The notes: generated by a model not told the origin, from the sequence alone. A DNA stretch of 64,000 bases from an uncultured Gemmatimonadaceae bacterium (GCA_964574665.1 CAZNOJ010000001.1:35206-99205), one strand, 5' to 3'. Counted from the stretch's first letter, positions 51,717 to 59,589 are shown. A program made the numbers and translations.

Positions 51717-53674
51717 GTCGGACCGGAGCGGAGCTGGCGGCGCCAGGCCTCGGGCGTGCTCAGCATGTGGCACGTGGTGCACTCGCGCCGCGGGTGGTGG
51801 TCGGTGCGTTGGGCCGCATGGCAGGTGACGCAGAACGAGCGATCGGGCGTCAGCGCCGTCACCGTGATGGCAGCATGGCAGGCGTCACAGCGCCGATGCG
51901 ACGCAGCCGGGTCCCCACGATGCGCCTCGACCAGTTGCGGCGTGGTGTGGCACGCGGCGCAGTCGCGTCGTGCGGCATGGTGGTCGGTGTGGCAGCTGGC
52001 GCATTGCCGCACGTCGGCCGACGGGGTGAGCGACACTGGCGTGGTGTGGCAGGTGGCGCAGCGGACATTCTCGTGGACCGGATGGGCGAAGGCCACGAGG
52101 CGTTCGCGCGGCGGGTGCCGTGCCACGGCCATGGTGACCGGCAGCTCGCGGACCGCCGCGAGTTCGCCGTCCTGGTGGCACGCCGCGCACCGGCTGGTGG
52201 TGGCCGCCTGGTGGTGGCAGATCTGGCAGCCCCGCGGCGCCTCGAAGGTGAGCCGCCCGCCACGCTGCGCCCCGGGGCTCACGTGACAGGTGATGCACGC
52301 GAGGGAGGTGTGCCGACGGTGGCTGAAGGTGTCGGTGGGGCTGGCCGGCTGGGCGTCAGCCGGCCCCACGGACGGGGGGAGGTCCGGCGGGCGGACGTCC
52401 CCCTTTCCCCGCGCCGGTTCCTCGGGCGGTGTCGCGTGTTCGGCGCTGCTCATCCGGAGGGCGCGGGCGGTATCGAACGGCACGGGCGGCAGGCGCCGCG
52501 TCCCGGACGGCGCGCGCTGGCGCACCGCGGCGTGACAGGCGACGCAATCGCTGGGATCCACCTTGGACGCGTGCGGGGCGTGACAGGTGAGGCACTGCTC
52601 GCCCACGCGCCGATGCGCGGTGCCGGTGTGGAAGGGCGTCTCCCGCCAGTTGGCGTGACATCCGGCCGTGGTGCAGCTCTGTCCGGCGGCCTGCGGGGTC
52701 TCCTGCGTGTGGGGATTGTGGCAGGTGCCGCAGGTGCTGTTGTGGGGCTCCAGGGCCTCCACGTAGCCGGTGAGCACCCGCTGCATCTCGTGGCACGCCA
52801 GGCACTGGCTCCGACCCGGCCGCATGGTGCCCACGGCCGAATCCCGGGTGGCGAGCCGCGGCACCTCGGCGGTGAACTGGTGGCACTGGTTGCAGTGCAG
52901 CGCGGTTTGCTCCGCCATCTTGCCGAGCTTGATCTCGACATCCTCGTGGCATCCCGAGGTGCCGCAGGTGCGGGATGCGGGGATGAACGCGTGCACCTCC
53001 GCCCCATGACAGGTGACGCACTGCACCTCGGCCAGGGCGCTGGAGTCCGACTCCATGTGCGTGCGATGCCCCGCGGTCTCCGCGACACGGGTCCAGAGCT
53101 CGTCTTCCTGCGTGTTGTGGCACGACTCGCAGCGGGCGTTGGGGACCGGCGAGTGGGCCGGGATCTCCTCCGGCTTGTTGGCGACCCAGAGGAAGAGTTC
53201 CCGCGTGCTGGCCATGATCGACTGCTGGTGGCAGTCGTGGCACTGGAGCACGCTGTGCTTGCCGGCGTCGCTGGCGAACTTGTTCCAGGGGCCTTCCATG
53301 ACATGGCACGACGAGCAGAAGTCGTTGTCGTGCTGCATGTAGTTCCACGACGCGGTGCCGGCGAGGCCGAAGGCCAGGAGCACCGCGGCGAGCCCCCCGA
53401 CGAGCAGCATGCGGGTGCCGGCGGCGCGCGAGGCGAACCAGGTGCGGATGGCCAGCCGGTGGCGCCAGGCCGTCCAGGCCAGCCACGCCGCCCCCGCCAT
53501 CACCAGCAGCAGGCCGGCCACCCAGGCCCAGGTGGGCGCGTTGAAGACCGCGGCGAACAGCGCGGCGACCTTGTCGGGCACCGGGGGCTGAACCGTCGGA
53601 AGCCCCCGCACGAACCGGTCGAAGGTCGTGTCGGGGGTTTCCCCTTGCATCCACAGGATCGTCACGAGGAGCAC
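51713..53674 (-). CDS. Membrane-anchored multihaem cytochrome: NapC/NirT/NrfH-like N-terminus fused to a long multihaem domain (18 CXXCH + 2 CX4CH)
   Basis: There are two hydrophobic helices (WAWVAGLLLVMAGAAWLAWTAW and MLLVGGLAAVLLAFGLAG), followed directly by NYMQHDNDFCSSCHVM as in NapC/NrfH. I counted 18 CXXCH plus CGTSGCH and CTTAGCH by eye. GTG start at 53674. Confidence 0.85.
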   Translation of the reverse strand: MLLVTILWMQGETPDTTFDRFVRGLPTVQPPVPDKVAALFAAVFNAPTWAWVAGLLLVMAGAAWLAWTAWRHRLAIRTWFASRAAGTRMLLVGGLAAVLLAFGLAGTASWNYMQHDNDFCSSCHVMEGPWNKFASDAGKHSVLQCHDCHQQSIMASTRELFLWVANKPEEIPAHSPVPNARCESCHNTQEDELWTRVAETAGHRTHMESDSSALAEVQCVTCHGAEVHAFIPASRTCGTSGCHEDVEIKLGKMAEQTALHCNQCHQFTAEVPRLATRDSAVGTMRPGRSQCLACHEMQRVLTGYVEALEPHNSTCGTCHNPHTQETPQAAGQSCTTAGCHANWRETPFHTGTAHRRVGEQCLTCHAPHASKVDPSDCVACHAAVRQRAPSGTRRLPPVPFDTARALRMSSAEHATPPEEPARGKGDVRPPDLPPSVGPADAQPASPTDTFSHRRHTSLACITCHVSPGAQRGGRLTFEAPRGCQICHHQAATTSRCAACHQDGELAAVRELPVTMAVARHPPRERLVAFAHPVHENVRCATCHTTPVSLTPSADVRQCASCHTDHHAARRDCAACHTTPQLVEAHRGDPAASHRRCDACHAAITVTALTPDRSFCVTCHAAQRTDHHPRRECTTCHMLSTPEAWRRQLRSGPT

Positions 53675-53702
53675 GGGCGGATCCTGGCGGGAGCGGTGGG
53701 CC

Positions 53703-55274
53703 TCAGCGAGGCAGCGATCCCAGGTGCGGCGTCATCCGGGTGTCTCCCCGCAGGCGGTAGCGGGCGGCGTCGAGGGCCGATTGCACCAGCGCCTGTTCGC
53801 GCAACCCCAGCACGCCGACGGACGGATAGGTGGCTTGCAGCTCGGTGATGTTGGCGGCCAGCAGGCCCTTGACCAGGAACGGGTTGTGCACGCCCAGCGA
53901 CTTGTCGCCGTTGCTGTAGCGTCCCTCGCCGAAGAGCTTGACGTTGAACTCGGCGCCGTCCGCCGGGGTGACCACGGCGTCGGAGGGGTTGAGCGCGCCG
54001 GGCACGTCGCGCTTGATCTCGGGGAGGAGGCCGGCATCGGTCGGTGCCGCGTCCACGCTGCGATCGTTGTCGAGGTCGCGCCAGAGGATGTCGGCGAACA
54101 CCGCCACCTGCTGGCGCAGTGACGCGAGCGCATTGGAGGCCACCGCGGCCGACGAGTGACACCCCGACGCCGTGCACCCCACGAAGGACCTGGCGGTGCT
54201 GGTGTACTCGCAGCCGGAGTTGCCCGTGGGCACCCCCTGCGCATCCACGCAGGGCAACGCCCCGAAGGTGTGCCCCACCGCCTGGAAGACGAAGCCGCCC
54301 TGCGGGTCGTTGACCGTGAACTTGTTCACGTGGCATCCGGCGCAGAGCCGCGGGTTGGCGCTCGAACCATGCGTGGAGACCAGTTCCGCCTCGGGCGCCG
54401 AGAAGCCGGCCGGCCGGTAGCCGCCGATGCCCACCACCACGGCGCCCTGGGGTCCGTGGGGCGAGTTGCCCTGGGTGCTGCCGCCGGCCGGCTCGACGCG
54501 ACGGAGGTGGCACTGCATGCAGAGGTTCCGTTCCGGATCGGACGTGGAGGCCGAGAGCCGGAGCTGGGCGGTATTGCGGCTGGCGTGCGGGTCGTGACAC
54601 ACCGTGCAGGTGACCGGCCAGGGATCGGTGTCGGCCTTGTCGCGGAACACCGGGTCCTGCCCCGAGAGGCGGAGGAGCGCGGTCTTCCCCTCGTGGCACG
54701 ACATGCAGGTGGCGTTGGTGGTGGGCGACCCGGTGCGCACGTTGGCGTGGCGCGACAGGTTCCACTGTTCCACGAACGGGTGGTGCGTGCCGGTGTGGCA
54801 GGAGGCGCAGCTCGACTCGGGATCGTCGATGCTGGCGTTGGCCAGCGGCACGTTGGCGGCCACCTCCGGGTTGCGCACGTGCTCCAGCCCGGGGCCGTGG
54901 CACGACTCGCATTGCACGTCGGCGTAGACGGGGTCCTGGGTGGCCTCGAACCCGGCGACACCCGTGGCGATGTTGCCGCGTGCGTTGACCGAGTGGCAGT
55001 TCTTGCAGGAGGCGCCCGCGGTGCTCGGAAGCACGGCCATCGCGTCGGCGTGCGCGGTGCCGATCCAGTCGGACTGGTGGCCCACGTGGCAATTGCCGCA
55101 GGTGGTCTTCTTGCCCGTGGCGGTGTAGTAGCCGAGGAACCCCGCCGCAGCCGGGAGCGGTTCGTTGAACGGCTCGCGATCGCGGTAGACGATGGTCTCG
55201 GTGGTGCAGGAGGCCAGCACCGCCGCCAGGGGCAGGGCCAGCAGGAGGGTGCGCAACGACGGCGAGGATGACAT
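53703..55274 (-). CDS. Multihaem c-type cytochrome lipoprotein (8 CXXCH + 1 CX4CH)
   Basis: Track ORF 53703..55367, with the start at ATG 55274 (MSSSPSLRTLLLALPLAAVLASC lipobox). Motifs: CGNCH, CKNCH, CESCH, CASCH, CMSCH, CTVCH, CMQCH, CAGCH and CTASGCH. Confidence 0.85.
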   Translation of the reverse strand: MSSSPSLRTLLLALPLAAVLASCTTETIVYRDREPFNEPLPAAAGFLGYYTATGKKTTCGNCHVGHQSDWIGTAHADAMAVLPSTAGASCKNCHSVNARGNIATGVAGFEATQDPVYADVQCESCHGPGLEHVRNPEVAANVPLANASIDDPESSCASCHTGTHHPFVEQWNLSRHANVRTGSPTTNATCMSCHEGKTALLRLSGQDPVFRDKADTDPWPVTCTVCHDPHASRNTAQLRLSASTSDPERNLCMQCHLRRVEPAGGSTQGNSPHGPQGAVVVGIGGYRPAGFSAPEAELVSTHGSSANPRLCAGCHVNKFTVNDPQGGFVFQAVGHTFGALPCVDAQGVPTGNSGCEYTSTARSFVGCTASGCHSSAAVASNALASLRQQVAVFADILWRDLDNDRSVDAAPTDAGLLPEIKRDVPGALNPSDAVVTPADGAEFNVKLFGEGRYSNGDKSLGVHNPFLVKGLLAANITELQATYPSVGVLGLREQALVQSALDAARYRLRGDTRMTPHLGSLPR

Positions 55275-55389
55275 TGTCAGTCCCTGACCGCTGAACGTGG
55301 ACGTGCGCCACGACCGGAGACCACGGGTCCGTGCCTTGACGTTACCGCGTCCCCCGGGGTGCCGCAACGGGAGGAAATTGGTCGGAAAA

Positions 55390-55404
55390 CCGGGCGCAGC
55401 CCGG
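55390..55404 (-). promoter_or_regulatory. Terminator-like hairpin with a T-tract in the leader region of the cytochrome operon
   Basis: On the minus strand it reads CCGGGC-tgc-GCCCGG followed by TTTTCC. It lies 116-130 nt upstream of ATG 55274. Confidence 0.3.
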
Positions 55405-55462
55405 GGTTCTGGCTACCTTTGTCGTGTCGCCACGGACTCCCCAACCGAACCCGGAAGCCCCG

Positions 55463-56200
55463 ATGACCAACGCCTCCCCCGGTGCCCCGTGTCCTTCGTG
55501 CGGTGCCGTGTCCGCCGGCAACTTCTGCAGCGGGTGCGGGGCGCCCCGCGCCAGCCGCACCTGCCCGTCGTGCCGCGGCGCGGTGGCGCCCGGGGCCAGG
55601 TTCTGCAGTCATTGCGGCACGGCCGTGGCCGCGGGGCCGGCGCGCCAGGTGCAGTGGGCGTGGGTGGTGGCGGGCCTCGCCGTGCTGGCCGTGGTGCTGG
55701 TGCTGGTCTGGCGCTCCGCACCCCCGACGCCGGCTGCGCCGGGCGGGACCACGGGCGATCCTGCCGCGATCGACCTCGCCTCGATGACGCCGCGGGAGCG
55801 CTTCGATCGGCTCTACGATCGGGTGATGCGCGCCGCCGAGCAGGGTGACGCGGCCACCGTGGGACAGTTCGCGCCGATGGCCCTCGCGGCCTACGAGCAG
55901 CTCGACGCGCGCGATGCCGATGCGCGCTATCACGCCGCGATGATCCGGATGCACACCGATGATCCGGCCGGCGCGGCCGCGCTCGCGGACACGATCCGGG
56001 CCGAGGCGCCGTCGCACCTCTTCTCGTTCGTGATCCACGCCACGCTGGCGCGCCAGCGCAACGACCCTGCGCGCCAGCGCGAGGAAGAGGCCGGATTCCT
56101 GGCCGCCTACGACGCGGAGATCGCCGCCGGACGCGAGGAGTACCAGCAACACCGGTTCATCCTCGACCAGATGCTCGAGCAGGCGCGCCGGACGCCCTGA
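55463..56200 (+). CDS. Double zinc-ribbon membrane protein with a TPR-like C-terminal domain
   Basis: Track ORF 55424..56200, with ATG 55463 preceded by ggaag. CPSCG..FCSGCG and CPSCRG..FCSHCG zinc ribbons, then a TM helix WAWVVAGLAVLAVVLVLVW. Confidence 0.7.
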   Translation: MTNASPGAPCPSCGAVSAGNFCSGCGAPRASRTCPSCRGAVAPGARFCSHCGTAVAAGPARQVQWAWVVAGLAVLAVVLVLVWRSAPPTPAAPGGTTGDPAAIDLASMTPRERFDRLYDRVMRAAEQGDAATVGQFAPMALAAYEQLDARDADARYHAAMIRMHTDDPAGAAALADTIRAEAPSHLFSFVIHATLARQRNDPARQREEEAGFLAAYDAEIAAGREEYQQHRFILDQMLEQARRTP

Positions 56201-56217
56201 CGGCGCCCGACGCGCGA

Positions 56218-56242
56218 CCCCGGCGGCACCCGCCGCCCGGGG
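56218..56242. terminator. GC-rich hairpin between convergent genes (CCCCGGCGG..CCGCC(C)GGGG)
   Basis: It has a 9-bp stem with one bulge and a 6-nt loop. It lies between the zinc-ribbon stop (56200) and the Hsp20 stop (56245). There is no U-tract. Confidence 0.3.
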
Positions 56243-56244
56243 CA

Positions 56245-56691
56245 CTACTTCACCTCGATCCTGGCGGAGCCGGCCGGGGTCGCCTTGGGCAGGGTCACCA
56301 CCAGCACCCCGTTCTCGAGGGTGGCGGTGACGCCCTTTGCATCCACCGGGGTCGGCATCCGCAGCGTCCGGAGGAACCGACCCTCCTCGCGCTCCTGCCA
56401 CATGAAGCGTTCGTCCTTCCCCTCCGTGGCGTGCTTCCGCTCGCCACGCAGGGTGAGCAGGTCACCCTCGAGCTTGACGTCGATCTGGTTTCGGGCGACT
56501 CCCGGGGCCTCGAGCCGGACCGTGTACTGCTTGTCGGTCTCCGAGAAATCGACATTGGGTGAGAGGAATCCGTCGGGGCTCCGCATGGTGAGCGCGGCGG
56601 GGTAGAGGAACCGGTCGAGGATCCGCTCGAAGTCATCGCGGAAGGTGCCGACGCGGGGAACGGGTGCGGGTACCACGTTGGGGACTGGCAT
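56245..56691 (-). CDS. Hsp20 / alpha-crystallin family small heat-shock protein
   Basis: Track ORF 56245..56961, with the start at ATG 56691. PNVDFSETDKQYTVRLEAPGV....IDVKLEGDLLTLRGERK...F.R.LRMP..VDAKGVTATLENGVLVVTLPK. Confidence 0.9.
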   Translation of the reverse strand: MPVPNVVPAPVPRVGTFRDDFERILDRFLYPAALTMRSPDGFLSPNVDFSETDKQYTVRLEAPGVARNQIDVKLEGDLLTLRGERKHATEGKDERFMWQEREEGRFLRTLRMPTPVDAKGVTATLENGVLVVTLPKATPAGSARIEVK

Positions 56692-56804
56692 GGCGGTGCT
56701 CCGGTCTCGGGTGACGACTCGGCGGGGGACCCGATCGCCTGCAACCTCGCACCTGCCGGATGAAGGGGAGATGAATTCGCCGCGAACGCGGCTTGGGAGC
56801 GCGC

Positions 56805-57494
56805 TCAGCCGGTGGCCCCGTCCTCCGGATCGCGCAGGGTGAATCCCACCCCCCGGACGGTCTCGAGGGCCGGCCGGGGACCGACCGCCGCCAACTTGCG
56901 CCGCAGGTTGCCCAGGTGGACGTCCACCACGTTGCTCTCCGGGTCGAACTGCATGTCCCACACCTTCTCCAGCAGGGTGGTGCGGTGGACCACCTCGCCG
57001 GCGTGCAGCATGAGGAACTCCAGGAGCTGGAATTCCTTGGGCGTCAGGTCGAGCCGGGTGCCCTGCAGGCTGGCCCGGTGCGCCGCACGGTCGAGGGTCA
57101 GGGGGCCGTAGCGCAGCTCCTCCAGGCGGCCCGAGCCGCCCCGGCGGGTCAGCGCCCGCAGCCGGGCCAGGAGTTCCTCGAAGTGGAACGGCTTGGCGAG
57201 GTAGTCATCCGCGCCGGCGTCGAGCCCGCGCACCACGTCCTCCGTCGCGTCGCGCGAGGTGAGCATCAGGATCGGCGTGGTGCGCCCCTCGCGCCGCAGC
57301 TCGGCGGCCACCTGGAAGCCGTTCTTCCTGGGCAGCATGACGTCGAGCAGGATGGCGTCATACTCGTTGACGTGCGCGAGCATCCCGGCCTCCTCGCCGT
57401 CGGGCGCCACGTCCACGGCGTGGCCCTCCTCCTCCAGTCCCTGCCGGATGAAGGCCGCCACTTTCCGCTCGTCTTCGACCACCAGGATCCGCAC
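56805..57494 (-). CDS. OmpR/PhoB-family response regulator
   Basis: Track ORF 56805..57695. GTG 57494 is preceded by gagagg. RILVVEDERKV..ILLDVMLPRKNG..YLAKPF plus the winged helix LTPKEFQLLEFLM..VDVHLGNLRRKL..TVRGVGFTL. Confidence 0.9.
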   Translation of the reverse strand: MRILVVEDERKVAAFIRQGLEEEGHAVDVAPDGEEAGMLAHVNEYDAILLDVMLPRKNGFQVAAELRREGRTTPILMLTSRDATEDVVRGLDAGADDYLAKPFHFEELLARLRALTRRGGSGRLEELRYGPLTLDRAAHRASLQGTRLDLTPKEFQLLEFLMLHAGEVVHRTTLLEKVWDMQFDPESNVVDVHLGNLRRKLAAVGPRPALETVRGVGFTLRDPEDGATG

Positions 57495-57552
57495 GACGCA
57501 CCTCTCGTTCGTGGACGTGCCGCCGGCGCGGTCGGGCGCCGCGCAGGCCGGC

Positions 57553-58812
57553 TCAGGTTCGCGTGACCGGCAACACCAGTTCGAACAGCCCGCCGCCCTC
57601 GCGCGGGATGGCCCGGAGGTCGCCACCGAGCAGCCGCGCGAGTCGCCGCGACAGCGGCAGGCCGAGGCCGATGCCCTGCTTGTCCACGTCGGCACCCGTG
57701 ACGTAGATGTCGAAGATCCGCTCGGCCTGCTCGGGACGGATCCCCGGCCCCTCGTCCGCCACGCTCCAGCGCACCCAATGATGGGTCGCGGTCGTGGTGA
57801 TGCGAATCTCGCTGCCCTCGACGGTGTACTTGATCGCGTTGCCGAGCAAGTTCACCAGGATCTGTTCCACCCGATTGGCGTCGGTCTCGATCACCGGAAG
57901 GGAGGGATCGGCGGCCTGGGTCAACCGGATCGCCCGCGCCTCAGCCGCCGGTGTCACGCGCCCCACGGCGCGCCCCGCCAGCCCTCCCGCATCGACCGCC
58001 TGGATGACCGGCCGCAGTCGGTCGGCGTCGAGCCGGCTCAGGTCGAGCAGGTCGCTGATCAGGGCCACGGCCTGCTCCGCGGACGCGAGCACCTCGAACG
58101 CCGCAGGCGGCAGTTCGCCCGGCTTCTTCTTGCGCACCAGCAGCTCGGACCAGCCCAGCACCGCCGCGAGGGCGTTGCGGAGCTCGTGGTTGACCATCGC
58201 GAAGAACCGTTCGCGGTTGCGCTGCAGCTGGTGCACTTCGGTCAGGTGGCGGTTGCTCTCCTCGTGCAGCGAGGCGTTCTCGACCGCTGCGGCCGTCATG
58301 GCCGCGAGCAGCACGGCGAGGTGCTCGTCCTCGGCGGAGAACCCGGCAGCGCCGAGCTTCTCGGTGGCATAGAGGTTCCCGATGGTGCCCCGCCGGCCGG
58401 CGATGGGCACGCCGAGGAACGAGCGCATCGCGGGATGGTTGGCGGGAAACCCGACTGCATCAGGGTGGCGTGCGATGTCCGCGATGCGCACCGGGCGTCC
58501 CTCGCGAAGCACCGTGCCGAGGACTCCCCTGCCCAGCGGCGGGTGGTCGATCCGTTCGCGATCCGCGCTGGCCAGGCCATGGGTCACGAAGCGCTCGAGC
58601 GTCCGGCCATCGGCCGACAGCACGCCGATCGCGGCATAGCGCGCCCCCAGCACCTCGGCGGCCACGGCCACCACGCGGGCGAGCACCCCGTCGAGGCTCG
58701 CCTCGGAAGTGAGGGCGAGGCCGGCCAGCACCAGCTGCTCCAGGCGCCAGTCGATCCCCGGGGTCGCGGCATCGCCGTCGCGGGTCGAGGGGGGACCTGA
58801 AGAAAGGTTCAT
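57553..58812 (-). CDS. GAF-domain sensor histidine kinase
   Basis: GAF: LGARYAAIGVL..FLGVPI..G.IGNLY. H-box: FFAMVNHELRNALAAVLGWSELL. ATPase: NLLGNAIKYT, DEGPGI, GIGLGLPLS. The start is either ATG 58812 or GTG 58827. Confidence 0.85.
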   Translation of the reverse strand: MNLSSGPPSTRDGDAATPGIDWRLEQLVLAGLALTSEASLDGVLARVVAVAAEVLGARYAAIGVLSADGRTLERFVTHGLASADRERIDHPPLGRGVLGTVLREGRPVRIADIARHPDAVGFPANHPAMRSFLGVPIAGRRGTIGNLYATEKLGAAGFSAEDEHLAVLLAAMTAAAVENASLHEESNRHLTEVHQLQRNRERFFAMVNHELRNALAAVLGWSELLVRKKKPGELPPAAFEVLASAEQAVALISDLLDLSRLDADRLRPVIQAVDAGGLAGRAVGRVTPAAEARAIRLTQAADPSLPVIETDANRVEQILVNLLGNAIKYTVEGSEIRITTTATHHWVRWSVADEGPGIRPEQAERIFDIYVTGADVDKQGIGLGLPLSRRLARLLGGDLRAIPREGGGLFELVLPVTRT

Positions 58813-58925
58813 CCTGGCACCACGCACCCTTGCAGGGCGGGTGACGATGTTGGCAGCAGCACGGCAAGGGCGCGGACGGCGACGATGGGGGTCAGATGTC
58901 TTCCTGCGACGATCCGGGTGATGCG

Positions 58926-59555
58926 ATGACTTCCGGTGACGTGCGTGCGCCGAATGGGCGGCCCCGCTGGGAGTGGCGGAGCTTCGACTATCGACCGCGC
59001 CTGTGGCAAGAGGCGCTCGGACCCGGCCTGCAGTTGACCGTGGATTCCCTGACGTCCGAAAGCTACCTGCTCGCCCCGGGGGTGCCAGCCAACGTGAAGA
59101 TTCGCCGCGACCGGCTCGAAGTGAAGACGCTGCTCCGCACCGACTCCGCCGGACTGCAGCAGTGGTGGCCCGACCTCAAGGCCACCTTCCCGCTCGACGC
59201 CGAAAACCTCGCGGCGCTGCTCCGGCTCCTGCAATGCCCTGCGACTGAGGACCTGCCCACGCTGGCCACGCCCGACGCGCTGTTCGAGTTCCTGGGGCGC
59301 CGCATTCCGGGCCTGCGGGTCATCCCGGTGCGCAAGTGGCGTCGGTCAGGGACGCTGGAAGGCTGCCGCGTCGAGCGGGCCACGGTCCTCGTGTCGGGCA
59401 CCGTGCTCGAGTCGCTGGCATTCGAGCACGAGGATGCGGCGGTGCTGCGCCAGGTGCTCCAATCACGGGGCCTCGACCAGCTCCCCAACACCAGCTATCC
59501 GGTGGCCCTCGGGCGGGTGCCCGGTGGGGAGATCGTGTCGCCCGGAAGCGCCTGA
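58926..59555 (+). CDS. Hypothetical protein, possibly a degenerate CYTH-like domain
   Basis: Track ORF 58896..59555; the start may be 58896 or 58926. N-terminal RWEWRSFD, then VKIRRDRLEVKTL and VRKWRRSG.LEGCRVERATV, loosely recall CYTH strands (ExExK, lRiR..lTlK, K.R....). This is weak by-eye similarity only. Confidence 0.4.
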   Translation: MTSGDVRAPNGRPRWEWRSFDYRPRLWQEALGPGLQLTVDSLTSESYLLAPGVPANVKIRRDRLEVKTLLRTDSAGLQQWWPDLKATFPLDAENLAALLRLLQCPATEDLPTLATPDALFEFLGRRIPGLRVIPVRKWRRSGTLEGCRVERATVLVSGTVLESLAFEHEDAAVLRQVLQSRGLDQLPNTSYPVALGRVPGGEIVSPGSA

Positions 59556-59562
59556 AGATCGC

Positions 59563-59589
59563 TTCACGACGCATTCGCCGGTCCTTGTG
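59563..59589 (+). promoter_or_regulatory. Three 11-bp-phased direct repeats (TTCAC / TTCGC / TTGTG), a Pho-box-like arrangement upstream of the porin gene
   Basis: gcTTCACgacgcaTTCGCcggtccTTGTGg. The repeat starts are at 59563, 59574 and 59585, 69-95 nt upstream of the porin start. Confidence 0.3.

Noticed and set aside
56776-56786. A TTCGCcGCGAA palindrome upstream of the Hsp20 gene, considered as a heat-shock operator (CIRCE/HAIR-like) or part of a sigma-32 promoter.
   Set aside because: The arms are only 5 bp. It bears no resemblance to CIRCE (TTAGCACTC-N9-GAGTGCTAA) or to the CTTGAA/CCCCAT sigma-32 consensus.
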